Both the position numbers and the translations under genes were made by a program. 62,000 nt of DNA, taken from Lama guanicoe. Taxonomy: Eukaryota. Each line of letters starts with the position of its first letter. Position 1 is the stretch's first letter. The notes under the pieces were generated by a model. It saw only the letters and a program-made list of their open reading frames with translations, ran no database searches and had not been told where the DNA came from. The stretch spans positions 5,291,957 to 5,353,956 of the forward strand of contig MU053881.1 of assembly GCA_013239625.1 (NCBI GenBank), read 5' to 3'. Positions 47,452 to 60,570 of the stretch are shown piece by piece.

Positions 47452-49359
47452 GACAGTCATAGTCCACACCAGAGAAAGTGTGAGAAGGCTGAGCATCACG
47501 TGTGAAACTTGATGTAGTAAATGGTAAATGAGTGTTAGCTGTGAGTACTGCGAGCTGGGCCCCCCGTGTATCTCGGTGTTAGAAGATGCAGGAGAGCAGA
47601 TGGTACAGGGCCCCTGATCCAGGCCCCAGAGACACGGACGATGAGGCCACAGTGCACCCTCAGGGGCTCACAGACCAGGGGCTGTGGAGACAGAAACACA
47701 GGCAGTGACAAGACATCAGATATGCCTCCGACCGACGGGACACAGAAGGCTGTGAAAGCCCAGGGATGAGTGAGAGACGTCTTCTTGGAGAATGTATCAT
47801 AAGTAATTTATTTTAAAGGTTAAAACGGAATTAGCCAAGTAAAGAAAGGAGGGCGGGCAAAAGGGCAACGGAATATTCCAGGCAGAGGACGAGCCAGTGC
47901 AAAGGCACAAAGGTGTGCAAGGCAGGAACAAGTGTGGGGTGGGGGCCCCGAGAGCTGGGGCTGGGGAGGGAGGCGGGACCCATCCCAGGCTCACAGGGTG
48001 TGTGGTGGGCAAAGCCACGGGGTCAGCCTTCCTCCCCCACGATAAGGTTGATGTAGACGAGTGCTCAGTAAGCACTGGGCACGAATTTCTGATCTGCACC
48101 CACACGGCTGCTGTAGGAGGTAGATGCTGTAACCATCCCACGCCAGGTTATTTGCAAAGTCACGCAGCTGGAAGAGGTGGGCTGAGATTAAAGTCCAGAT
48201 CGACAGCTGCCTCCAGTCCCCACGAGAGGTGACACTGCCACGGGGAGGCTGGGATGGCTGGGAGGAGGGGGCAGGTGGGGTTTGCTGCATTTGAGATGAT
48301 GAGGACAGTTCATTGGATGTCCAGGGAAGTTAGAGAGAGAAACGCTGCAGACAGGAATTTAGACCCGCCGTCAGAGGCAGAAGCCCGTCTCACTCTCAGT
48401 GTGTTCGTGGAGCAAGTGCGTGCCAGGCCGAGTGCTTCTGCATCCCTTGAACTCCTCCTCACAAGCCCTGCAAAAGGGCCATAATCATCTTCCTTCCAGG
48501 ATGAGGCGACTGAGGCCATCAGGGAGGCCACCCCTCGTTGTGAGGGAGGCTGGGAATGCAGAGGGAAGGCTGAGCGCATTGCCGCCCTGCGGAAGATCAG
48601 GGCTGTGCTAGCCAGGATGTCTTGGGAAATGGCTGTCAGGTTAGAAATTGAGTGTCTGCCTCAGGGAGGTTCAGAGAGGTCAAAACTTCTGCGCAGTCAC
48701 ACAGGTGGTAAATAACAACTGGGATTTGAACTCAGTTCTGTCCAGTGTCACAGAGCATGCCAGTCCTGGACTCAGCTCTCTCCCAGGAATTCCTCTCCAC
48801 TCCTCGGCGTTGCACCAAAGCCACCAATCCACGCAGGCACCACCCGCTCATCCTGTCTCCCTGTTCCCAGCCTCTGCCTCTGATTCCCATGTAGTTCCCC
48901 GCTTCCGGCTACAACTTCTCTAAATCTCTCTCCCCGCAGCCCATACACTCAAAACTCTAATTCCTGTTTCATCTGTCACTCTTTCCAGATTCCCTGCCCT
49001 CTAGCCCTTCCTCACCAACCCCACTTTCCCCAGAGGCTTTCTAAAGCCCCAAAGGCCACAAAGGATAAATGACATCATCTGTGCTCCGGACCTCACGGGG
49101 CCCAATTATCAGGCTATAAGTGGAAACGCCCTACATTTTCCCACAGGAAAGCACCCTCCCTCAATCCTGACCCTGCATGCTTCTGGGGATCTTGGCAGAG
49201 TCCGTGGGCTCCTGCCTAAAGAAACCCAAGCCCTCCCCCGGAGAGTGGGCCATTCGGGTATCTTTCTTATCCACTGTAGACTCTCTTGGCCTCTTCCAAC
49301 ATGGGCAGAAGGTAGCTTTCAACAGGAGGGAGACAGCACCGCAGGATCCTTAAAACCAG

Positions 49360-49900
49360 CAGTTTGAGGGTCTGATCGACCTCAGTTCTTGTCTAGCTCC
49401 TCCCCTTTCCACCTGTGTGAACCTGGACCGGTAGCTTCATGACTCTGGGATTGTATTTCCTCACTTTTAAGTTGGGAATAATAACAGACATCATCTCACT
49501 AAATCCTTTTAACAGAACTTCTGAGGTATAAGCAATGAACCCATTTCACAGACGACTAACAAGGCACAGAGAAAGTTAGACATTTGCCCAAGGCCATAGG
49601 CTAGCAAATGGAGGAGCCAGGGCCTGGATTAGAACCCCGGTCATCAGGAGAGCTTTGAACTGCCAAGGAGCAACCCGGAGAAGTGGGGATGGCTTCCCGC
49701 AACCCAGACATGCTGAACCCGCGGGACTGAGTGAAGTGAGGTCAGGTGTCAGAGGACACCCAGGTTCCAGAACTGACTCAGCTCTTGCCAGCTGTGGGGC
49801 AGAGGGAAAGTTAATTTTTCAGGTCTTGGTTTTCCCAGCTGTAAAATGGGGATGACAGTCCCCATTCCAGAGCTATTATGAGGGTCACAGGAGGTAAGGC
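49360..49900. mobile_element. Three MIR fragments (+, -, +)
   Basis: tttcctcacttttaagttgggaataataac; cccatttcacagacg...aaggcacagagaaagttagacatttgcccaagg; ctgtaaaatggggatgacag. Confidence 0.75.
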
Positions 49901-51290
49901 TTCCCAAACCTCCACCACGCCTGTATTGCAGGACCAGTTTTTAGCACACCCACATCTCCCCTGCATCATCCACTAACGGTTTTTTTTCTTTAAATGGATC
50001 ATGATGTGTTACTTAAACATTCATTGGAAATTTATTGAAACTAACTTCCTACCACTACATTAGAAAGGAAACTGGGCACATTTGCCATAAATAGAAGGTA
50101 TTTACACAGTGAAATGAGTGTTAAAGTGGTGAAAGCATTAAAGACACACTTTCACCTGTGGGCCTGTCCCTCCAGCAGAGGGGCACCACACGGAGGATCA
50201 CTGCTGATTTGTGCCGGGGAGGGTGCCTATTCATTCCTGCTGCCTGCACCCTCAGAGCTCCTGCCCTTTCTGAAGCCTCCAGCTTCTCCGGGGAGTCTAG
50301 GAGCCACACCCTGTTCTTCCAACACCTTCCTTTGTGCTGAAGTTGGACAGTCTGTTTCTGTTGCTTGCCACCAGAAGAACGAACTGCTTCTCCCAAGCTG
50401 GTGGTAAGATCCACGAGACGAGAACCTTGTCTCGCATTCCTTTTACATCCTTCTGCCTGGCCCAGAGCGAGGAGCCTGGTGCAGGCTGGAGAAACTGAGC
50501 AACAGCGGAGCAACCTTGGACGGTGCGATCCTCAGCCATTCTGAGTGACTGCCTTACATTTTTGGTCAATTTCCACATTTTCTACGATCAACTTATATTG
50601 CTTGATTCTTTTCTTAAAGAAATAAGCTAAGGAGACTTCAAAATGTATCATGAAGTGACCACCGAGTCCTAAATCCTCTGGGAACATTCAGGGGGTGTGG
50701 GATTTCACAGACAATTCTCCCACCTTGGGTCACTGACTGCCTACTCTCCAGAGGGCCCCAGAAATTAATGCAAATCCCTGTCCTGGGAACCTGCCACCGG
50801 CTTAGACCAAAGAGAATCTGCTTCACTCCCTGCCCCAAATTACAATATGCCCACTGCAAAATAGAGAGGTAACAGTCCCACCTTGGATTTTTTAAAGATA
50901 TTTTTCCTAAGTGCAGAAGTAATACAATTTATTTTCATATATATACATTTACTTTAACTTCTTTCTCATTGTATTATCTTCTTTTAATTGTATGTGTGTG
51001 TTTACATATATATACACACACATATATATATGTATATATAATAACCTGCATGGTAAAACAAAGGTTTTAATGCAAACTGAAAAAACATCACTTTTAGTTG
51101 TAATAGAAATTTTCAGCAATACAGAAAAAGATACAGAAGAAAATGAAAATCACCTGTTTTCCCACCACCCAGAGATAATATTAGAATTAGAACGTATTTC
51201 CTTCCGGTAATTTTTTCTGTGCAGATGGCTATGCTTTCAGGGTGTCTATCTTTCTCATGGTTTTTCTTTTATTCTTAAAGCTATCATCTT

Positions 51291-51488
51291 TTTTTTTTAA
51301 ATTGAAGTATAGTTGATTTATAAGTTGTGTTAGTTTCAGGTATACAGCTAAGTGATTCAGTTATACATGTATATATTCTTTTTCAGATTCTTTTCCATTA
51401 TAGGCTATTACAAGGTACTGAATATAGTTCCCTGTGCTATGTAGAGAATTCTCTCATTGGTCCTTGTTGTTTATTTTATATATAGTAA

Positions 51489-51532
<44 letters not shown>

Positions 51533-52232
51533 TTAATCCCAAACTCGTAATTTATCCCCTCCCCAAACCCTTTCCCATTTAGTAACCATAGTCTGTTTTC
51601 TGTCTGTGAGTCTATTTCTGTTTTGTAAATAAGTTCTTTTGTATCATTTTTTTGATTCCACATATAAGTAATATCTTATGGTATTTGTCTTTCTCTGTTT
51701 TAGTATGATAATCTCTAGGTCCACCCATATTGTCACAAATGGCATTATTTCGTTCTTTTTTATGGCTGAGTAATATTCTATTCTATTTTATATATATATA
51801 TATATATATATAAATCACAGATCACACACATATATATATCACATCCTCTTTATCCATTCATTTGTTGATGTGCATTTTGGTTGCTTCCACATCTTGTCTG
51901 TTGTAAACACTGCTGCTGTGAACATTGGGGGGCATGTATCTTTTGGACTTAGAGTTTTCTCTGGATAGATGCCCAGGAGTGGGATTTCTGGATCATAGGG
52001 TAAGTCTATTTTTAGTTTTTTAAGGAACCTCCATACTGCTCCCTATAGTGGCTGCACCAAACTACATTCCCACCAACAGCGTAGGAGGGCTCCCTTTTCT
52101 CCACCCCCTCTCCAGCATTTATTATTTGCGGACATTTTAATGATGGCCTTTCTGACTGGTGTGAGGTGATAGCTCAAGATAGTTTTGATCTGCATTTTTC
52201 TAATAATTAGTGATACTGAGCATCTTTTCATG
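51291..52232 (-). mobile_element. Young L1 3' end (ORF2 C-terminus + 3'UTR) with TSD
   Basis: ORF 52043-52231 ([29 protein letters not shown]...CWRG...CWWEC); TSD aagc(t/c)atcatctt at 51278-51290 and 52233-52245; (GT)n 51495-51522 and (TA)n ~51789-51812. Confidence 0.95.
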
Positions 52233-54009
52233 AAGCCATCATCTTCTTAAGACAATTTAAAAGCGTATATGAGCTACACACTTGATTATTAAAACCATCA
52301 CATTATCGTACAAGTATTATTTATCAATGTACACACACACACACACACATATTTACATATATGCTATGCCCCCAGCACCTAGAGCAGTGCCTGGTGCATA
52401 GTAGATGCTCCACAAATAGTGATCCCTGTCCGTACAAGTGATTCTCTTTCATTTATTCCCAGTTTAGCCACTTCATAGCAATGTGACCTTAGGCAAGTCA
52501 CAGCTCCTCTCTGGTCCTCAGTTTTCTCATCCATACAGTGGGACTAACCATCCATTATACGCAGCACAGTGGGACAACCACAACACAGAGGCTACAGAAA
52601 GGCCTGGTGCTGAGTAGACCTGCCACCACTTGGCCCTCCCAACGCGAATCCTCTAGGAACAGGTGACACAGGTCACCTCAGAATGCTTTAGTTTAGCTCA
52701 TCCCAGACTGCGGAGGGAACTGGCTTGGAGGGGCGACCACTGGGAGTTGTGCCCCTGACTTCTCACCCCAGCACCCCGCCCTGCTCCCCAGCTGGGCTTT
52801 TCGCATGGATTCCTTCAGGCTCCATGAATAATTGATGATGCGTGGGTCCCTTTTGGAGCTTCTCATGATCCCTGGGGGAAAAGAGAAGTCTTTCTCTGTC
52901 TTGTTTTGATCCTGTCTTGGCCTCCCTCTCTGCAGATGAGTCACCCGGGCTTAATCGTGCAATTCATCTCGGTGGGCGGCCCAGGGGCCTCACCTTGGAG
53001 CCCCAGAGGCGGGGCTGGGGAGAAGGGCCTCCCAGGAGTGTGAGCAACCAGTGGGCAGACCGGGCCCCAGGGCAGTGCGCCCAGGCTGGCCTGGATCATT
53101 CCAGAAGCAACTCCAGCTCCATCAGCAGACACCAAGCAGAACCCCACCCGCTTCTTCCCCAGGAGGAAGCCTGGCACTACCCTGAGGGCAAGCACATGCC
53201 CAGGGGTGCCTCATCCATCACCCCACTGGAAGCCATGCACACTTACTGGGCACTGGCCATGGGCAGGCATCGTGCTGGACACCTCACACATTTCATCTCA
53301 TTTCCTCGTGACCCCCTGGAGAGGTAGGGGTGCTTGGTCTTATTATACAGCTGAGGAGGCAACAGAGAGGTGATGTAACTTGCTCAAGGTCACACAGCCA
53401 GCAAGTGGCAGGTCTCTCTGGCTCTGCATCCACTATGATGTCAGAGAGACAACATCATGGATTCAGGGTGAGCTTCTGGCTTCGCCCCACCTGGGAGTAA
53501 CTGGAAGTCCATCAGACAAGGGCCTGGGGCCACATCAGACTGAAGAGGGCCCAGCCCACTAGGATAATGAAAAGACATCTCGGGGGTGATCCCCACAGCG
53601 CATACCCTACTCCCCTCCACGTAGGAGGATTTATTCACCACCCCCACCCCGTGGGTGTGACCTTTGATGCAATGAATTACAACCCTAAGCTGAGCGCCCC
53701 CCTTGGGAGTTAAAAATCCTAAATTCTACCATTTGCTGGCCCACAGAGGTTCTGTGTGATCCAGGCAAGTCATGACGTTCCTGTCTCCTGATTCAAGAAA
53801 TAGTAGGTCTTGTTGTTCTCTGTTGGAAAAAGCAGGTTCTAGAAGCTGGTGACTTGTAAAGCTCTGCAGTTGTCACGCTCCTTATGCCAGGACAGGCAGC
53901 CCAGCTCCTGTGTGTGTGGACACAGGCGCCTCCATCCTCACCGGCGTTCTAGTGAAACTCACACCATCTTCTGACCTCGCGGGGGTGAGTGAAGGCTGAG
54001 TCCTCCTAG

Positions 54010-54430
54010 AGCCTTCAGGGCACACAGGTTTTGCTGCCCAGCATCCTTCCAACCCCCAGTCCATGTGACAGTCAGGGAAGCTGGCTGACCCCATGCCAGG
54101 GTTGACCTGTGACCAGCTGGACCACTTAAAGTGCCCTGTTCGGAGGGGGCCTGGGACCCAAGATGACCTACCAGGACGAATCTCAAGGTTTTGCTGGAAA
54201 TGCTGGAATAGGTGCTTGTCCCTCCCCACTTGATGTGAATGATGAAAGATGTAACTCTGGGCACCGCTGGCAGTCGTCTCGGGACCACAGATGGAAGATC
54301 TGCTTGCAGCAGACCTCACAGAAGGGGATGGAGAGGAGCCCACAGGTCCAGGATTGAGCCACCCTTGGCTACTCAGTTACATGAGCTTTTTGTTCCATCA
54401 CTTGCAACCAAAAGAATCCTGATGGATACT
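54010..54430 (+). mobile_element. Ancient MaLR/ERVL LTR (MLT1K/L-like)
   Basis: 3' end ccatcacttgcaaccaaaagaatcctgatggatac; ccatgtgacagtcagggaagctg. Confidence 0.6.
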
Positions 54431-55079
54431 GGCACACAGCAGAGGATGACTAACGTTTATCATCGTAAAGTTTGTTTCAGAACTCAGCACCACGATCTTA
54501 CGCACAGTAGGGCCGTTGGTGTAAAGAAATACAACCTGAGGCTGGTCAAGAACCCGTTGTGTGCTGGAGACAGAGGATGGCGAGTCAGGTAGGGAAAGTG
54601 AAACCCCAAGAGGGAGGTGGGACTGAGGCCCTAGTGATTAGCCCTGTTTCCTTTGGGCAAGAGGCTTACTTCCTATCGAAAGGTGTCTCTTTCTCCCTCC
54701 CGAAGGCTGCCTTCAGACTGGCCTCTTCTCTCTGGGAGGCCACTGGTTAAGATCAGATCTCCTGGGCTGTCCCTCCCACCAGAGTGGCTCTGACGGGCCA
54801 CGCCCCACTCTAGACACTCAGGAGCCTCACTTTTGAGGCACCATCAGGAGCAGAGGCAGAGTTCAGGGTGGCTGATGTGAGGACCAAGCGCCAAGATGGG
54901 AGGACCAGGTGCCTGAGATCCAAGTGGAGGTCTTTGTAAATACCTACTGTGTGCCAGGCAGCAGGGAAACAAGGAACAGGACAAAGGCAGGCCCGCCTCG
55001 TGGCGCGGACAGTCTAGTGACTTCAAACAAAATAGTTGCCCAATGTGCACAGCCAGCTCCAGTGGTGCTTACTAACCCT

Positions 55080-55612
55080 ACACACACACACATACACACA
55101 CACACACAAGTACATACACACACAAGCACATACACATATACAAATGTACGTACACACAAGTAAATGTGTGCACACACGTACACACACAGCACACATCTAC
55201 ACACACGCACACATATACAAACATATGTGCACACACATATATACAAGCACACAGATATACACAAGTACCCACACACACGTTCACACACACACATATGTAC
55301 ACACATGCACGCAATTACACATATATACACACAAGTCCTATGCACACACTACACACAAGTACCCACATGCGCACACATGCACACACATACACACAAATAC
55401 ACATGCACGCACATGCACACAATTACACATATATACACACAAGTCCTATATACACATACAAATCCCCACACGTGCACACGTGCACACACATACACACAAG
55501 TCCCCACACGTGCACACGTGCACACACATACACACATGCACACAATTACACATATATACATACAAGTCCTATGCACACACTACACACAAGTACCCACACG
55601 CACACACATACA
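55080..55612. repeat. Degenerate (CA/TA)-rich simple repeat with higher-order ~110-120-bp periodicity
   Basis: Alternating purine-pyrimidine tract; block caattacacatatataca(c/t)acaagtcctat recurs at ~55312, ~55420, ~55543. Confidence 0.9.
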
Positions 55613-57422
55613 ATAACAGTAGTACAACACCCAGTTGTGTGAGTACAGATAACTAGGTAGAAATGCAGGGGAGAAACTGTGTGAGGATGTGCATGGAACT
55701 GTTACCAGTGGTTGCCTCTGGGGATGAGGCTTGTCCAAAGAGACCTGAGCCTCCTCTATAGAGTTTGTCCCCCGAGGAGAATGTATTCTTGATGGTGCCC
55801 CTAAAAATTCATTCTGGAAAAAAAAGTCAAATCCAGGAACGTAGTTAAATCATGGTAATCGCATTTTTCCGGGAAGAGCATCCAGAGTGCTGACCACTCC
55901 CTCCTCTCAAGGCAAAGAGTAGAAGAAACACCGAGGGGGAGGGGACAGACCCAGGCTCTGCAGGGGGAAGCCCCCGGTGGGGGGGGCTCCACCTCTAATC
56001 ATGCAGGTCATGCGCCCCCCTCAGCCCCCACCCCTGCTTGGGAATTTCCCGGGGGCCTGAGCCATTATGAAAAAAACGCATCTTCTCACGGCCTTCGGGC
56101 AAAGGGAGTTGGGTGAATGTCTTTTAATTAGCACTTCCATTATTTTTCTGTATTTTACAAAATCCACCACATGATGGGGAACAGGGGCAGCGGGAGCGGG
56201 TGAAGCTTCAGAGAGGAGAGGTCAGGGTTTTACTGGTCTGATACCCAGAAGAGAAATATTTTATGGAGAAAGCTAACCCCAGGGTCAAACTTTTGGCAGT
56301 AATTTAAAAAATATTTTGTATCCCATGTTTTAATGACACAAGCAATATAGGAAAAGATTCTCTCAAAAATTAAAGCACCCTGACGAACTTGAGGTTCCCT
56401 CTGCCCCACACTCCCCAGCTGGTCCGGTCCCCTCTGGAAAATGACCATCCTTGGTCGACTTGATGAGCGCCCTCCCAGAACTTTCTTGAGGACTTGACTT
56501 CCATGCATGGACCTGTTGGAATATGTCATCCTGGCTTGGCTTGGCTTTCTTAGTAAGTAGTTACATGCTGTATGTATTTGTCTGCAGCTTTTTTTTTTTT
56601 CTCTTAACAAGTCTTAGCGATCTAAGCCGGTTCACCCAGATCTTTATTGTTCTTTTTAAACACCATAGCACTGAGATGCCATATGTTATTTAACTATTTA
56701 ATACAGTGAGTGTTTAAAACAGGTGAAAAAAATATTAATTTATAAATAAAACTGTATCTCTCTCCCCCCCACCACACACATAACTCTGAACCTTAGTTTT
56801 CTCATCTGTAAATTGGGGACATCAGCCTAAATGATCTCTATGGGCGTTTGCAAGGCCTGTGATTTTAAACGTTTCCTCTGCCCCTGTGGCTCCCCCTGCT
56901 GCATCTGGTTTCCTCTTTGATTTTTCTGGGGTCAGTGAGTGAGTCAGTCCTCCCTTCGCCCAGCCCCCTGGCCTGCCCCGCCTGCCACACTGACTGCTCA
57001 GGTTTGCCCCAGCTCCTCTGACAAGCCTGTGACAAGAAAGTGCACACGGAGATCCCGCGGCTGCCTTAAAATAGCACGTCTGTCTCCCGCCCATGCTCCT
57101 CCGAAGCAGTCGTGCTCGGTTTTGTCTGGAACTGTCTGGAAATGGAGACAATGGGCCCGTACAGGTCTCCAACTCTCAGAAGCTGGAGGCCTCAGGCAAA
57201 GGACAAATCCCTTACACCAAGTGTCCCTTCTGATCAATGCAGAGGGGTGGGGGTGGGGGCTGAGGCAGAAGCAGGAGGCCTGAATGGGAAACTGCATTAT
57301 CCCCACCTCCAGCAGAGCGATGGCCAGCCCTCCCCTTGTCCTGGATGCCCCCCAGGAGGGCTGCCCTCCTAAGGGACCCAGCTGGGGTCTGCCTCTGCAC
57401 AGCTCTGTTCCCCACAAGACAA

Positions 57423-57873
57423 TGTTGCCAACACTGGCCTCTGTATCCCTATAGCTGAATTGAGTTGGAGACAGTTTTGAGATGATAAAAAAGAACAGCT
57501 TTAATGCTTTGCCTGGCACAGGGAGTCACAGCCGGCTCATGCTTTAAAGACTGTGAGCCCATCTTGGTGTAAGGGTCCTGGGGTTTGATAGAAAAATGGG
57601 AACAGAAGGGTGTTAACAATCCGGATGTGAGCGGGGGCTACACTTCCTTTATCTGGAGAAAAACTTAACTGTTGTTATGGAGAAATTTAGGAGAGTCTGC
57701 CCATTTTCTTGAGGTGCAGTCCATGACCTTCTTTCAAGATGTCTAGGGTAAAAGGATAAGTTATTCTAAGAAAAGAATGCAGAGGGAGGGGAGTGTTAGT
57801 CGTAAGATCAGTTTAGCTAGAAGCACAGGCCTGAAACTCAGTAGCCATCTTCTTTTCTACTCTTCCAGTAACA
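57423..57873 (-). mobile_element. ERV1-like solo LTR (451 bp), probably lineage-restricted
   Basis: Inverted termini tgttgcc...gtaaca (TG...CA); minus-strand ATTAAA (plus gctttaatgc) about 80 nt from the 3' end; no clear TSD. Confidence 0.7.
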
Positions 57874-58419
57874 CCTGTGTACCGTTAAGTGCTATACATC
57901 CATAAGCTCCCTTAGTGACACAAAAAACCCCGTAAGGTAGGTTCTGCTATTATCCCCATCTGGCAGGTGAGGAGACTGAGGCAAGTACCCCAGGTAAGCA
58001 TGGCTGCTACTCAGCAGCAAAGCCAGGGCATGCTGCTACTCAGCAGCAAAGCCAGGGCCAGGCAGCCTGTTTTCCAAACCATGACACTCTACACTCCCCA
58101 TAATCTCATCCATTTGGAGGGAGTGAGAAGTACTTTTCATATTGAGAGTGGTGGTAACAAGAGGACTTAACCCCAAGGGGCATAATGGAAGAAACAAGGA
58201 GGCATGACTTCCAAATGTAAGCTCTTTCTCACCCCAGGACCTTTGCACATGCTGTTTCCTGTGCCCAGAATATTCTTCCCATCCTACCCTCCTTTTGCCT
58301 AGTTCTTCCCCTGGCTGACCTCCTTGACCCAATCCTGGCCAAGGGAACCTGAGGGGCACTTGAAAAAGATTTTCCTCCCTACTACAAGATAGAAATCATC
58401 ACCTCCTCTCTGAACGTCA

Positions 58420-58650
58420 TACGCATATTTATCTGGAGCTGTGGCAGCCATTTTGCAACCCAGAGGAGAGTCCTTACCATTAACTGAGATGGCAAGGAGG
58501 AAAGACCTGGTTGTACCTAAAGTAACCAACTCAGAATCTGTCCTATCTCCAAACTGCTCATTAAATGACACAATAAGCTTCTCATTGCTTCAGCGTCTTT
58601 TCGTTGAGTTTTCTGTTACGTTCCACCAAAAACAACAACAATAGAAGCAG
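58420..58650 (+). mobile_element. MaLR LTR 3' remnant (MLT1J-like)
   Basis: tctggagctgtggcagccattttgcaacc...gagttttctgttac. Confidence 0.6.
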
Positions 58651-59019
58651 ACACCTTGCCAAGCACTGGGAAGTCAAGACAGGCTTCTGAGAGGAAGTGC
58701 CTCAATGAATGATTAGGAGTTCACCAGATGAACCAGTGGGAGAAAGCATTCCAGACAGTGGGAGGAGCATGACAAAGGCCCAGGGGTCATGGGGTCATGC
58801 GGGCCCCTCCGGTCAAGCTAAAGTGTCTAGACTTTATCCAGAGCATGAACAGGAGCCACAGGGAGGGATGTCATTTTGCTTTTCAGAAGGACCCTCTAGA
58901 GGCAGTGTGCAGGGCACAGAGAGGGCAGTGAGGCAGGATGAAAGCAGGCAAGCTGGTTCTGCCTCGGGTTTGGACACACCCAGGTCTCATGTGATCTGGC
59001 CCTGGCCAACTGACGTCTC

Positions 59020-59460
59020 TTACCCCACTCTCCTCCTTGCCAAGCATGCTCTAGTCACCTGACCCTCTAGTGTCCCACAAACATGTCAACCCTGAGGTGG
59101 GAACCTCAGGGCCTTTGCACATGCAGTTCTTGGCCTGGAATGAGGATTTTGTGGCTTTTTACTTGGCTGCCTGTGGCTCAACCTTCAGGTCACCTTCTCA
59201 GAGGTGTCTTCCCGACCACCCCATCCAAAGTAGGTCTCCTCATCCCTACTAATCTCTGTTACATCACCCCCCTTATTTCCCTCTAGCACTTACCGCTCCT
59301 TGGAAATATCTTGTGTGTGCTTTCTCTTGCTGCACATTGTCTGTCTGTGTTATTGTCTGCCTGCCTCATTACCCGCCTTCCTTCTATCTCCTGCTAGTAC
59401 TAGTAGATACCAGTACTATTTGTGGCACAAAGTGGGTCGAGATAAATATTTGATCAGCTC
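59020..59460 (+). mobile_element. L2 3' fragment
   Basis: cctcagggcctttgcacatgcagttcttggcctggaatg...tggcacaaagtgggtcgagataaatatttg. Confidence 0.75.
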
Positions 59461-59849
59461 ATACCCACATCTTTGCCTTCATGTGGAATGTGAAGCCATC
59501 TAGACATAAAAAAATCACCCTCATAGGCAGAAAGATACCCAACCCATTTTCCCAATTTGCCGCTGAATCGATCACTGGCATATTCTATAAGTAACTTTAA
59601 GGATAAAACCTGTGTTTACTGTCCACAGGGTCTGAGGACAGTCCTATATAGAGATATTTAACAAGCACTTGTTTGTTCAAACTGATGGCGATGGAAATGA
59701 TGACGATGATAAGCTTTGCTTTTACAGACCAATTGCAGTTTCCTCTGGACTTTCAATTAGTCAGTCATCAAACTTCTGGGAACTGTGGGAATAGACATCT
59801 TACCTTGAAGAATTTACAATCTAAACAGAGAAGCCAATCAAAATTCCAA

Positions 59850-60570
59850 AGTTTAGAGCACAGGACAGAGGAAAGGGCATGGGATCTGGAGTCAAAAAGG
59901 CTTTAGTTTCAAACTCCACCTTACTGCTGTGTGACCCGGGAAAATGCTTAACCTCTCTGTCTCTTTTTCCTTGCCTACAGATGAAGATAGTCATTCTTAC
60001 CTCAAAGGGTTATAAAAACATAGTTCAGTAGGTAGCATTCTCCCAACAAATTATTATCATGACGTAATTATAACCAGATCACAACACAGTAGTCTCATAG
60101 TCCAGCACTGTGTGTGTTTGCATTCGAATGATCCAACAATCCATAAGTCACAGCGTTTGGAATGCTTATGATAATTATTCTTGGCAGCCTTTGTGGAGGG
60201 TCACCATGGTATAATGACAGGAGTTTGCTTCAAAATAATCCAGTGAAAACGGGGTGATGTGGGTGAAAGAACTAATGAAACAAAAATGGTCAAACTTGAA
60301 GACTGTTGTAGGTCCCAGATGAGCACATGGGACTTTAAATTGTATTCTCCGTGTTTTATTTGTGTTTGAAATGTTTCATAATAGAAAGTATAATTTAAAA
60401 GCTCTCCAAAGAACCACACGAGAAAGACACCATAATTTCCCTGTTTCACAGATGAAGATGGAACACAGAGAGGTTCAGTTACTTGTCCAACGTCACACAG
60501 CTCATCTGGCAACAGAGTCAGAATTCAAAACCAGGGCAGCATGATTCCAGAACCCAGACTCTCTCCACAA
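59850..60570. mobile_element. MIR (+, ~59850-60020), L1M 3' fragment (+, ~60200-60400), MIR (-, ~60420-60570)
   Basis: tctggagtcaaaaaggc...gctgtgtgaccc; gagtttgcttcaaaataatccag...tttgaaatgtttcataata; tttcacagatgaagatggaacacagagaggttcagttacttgtccaacgtcacacagc. Confidence 0.75.

Noticed and set aside
50414..50434. Small hairpin cgagacgag-aac-cttgtctcg
   Set aside because: A 9-bp stem is too short for a pre-miRNA and is expected by chance.
54909..55656. Long His/Thr-rich and Cys/Val-rich ORFs (up to 206 aa) on both strands
   Set aside because: Translations of a CA/TG simple repeat that lacks stop codons.
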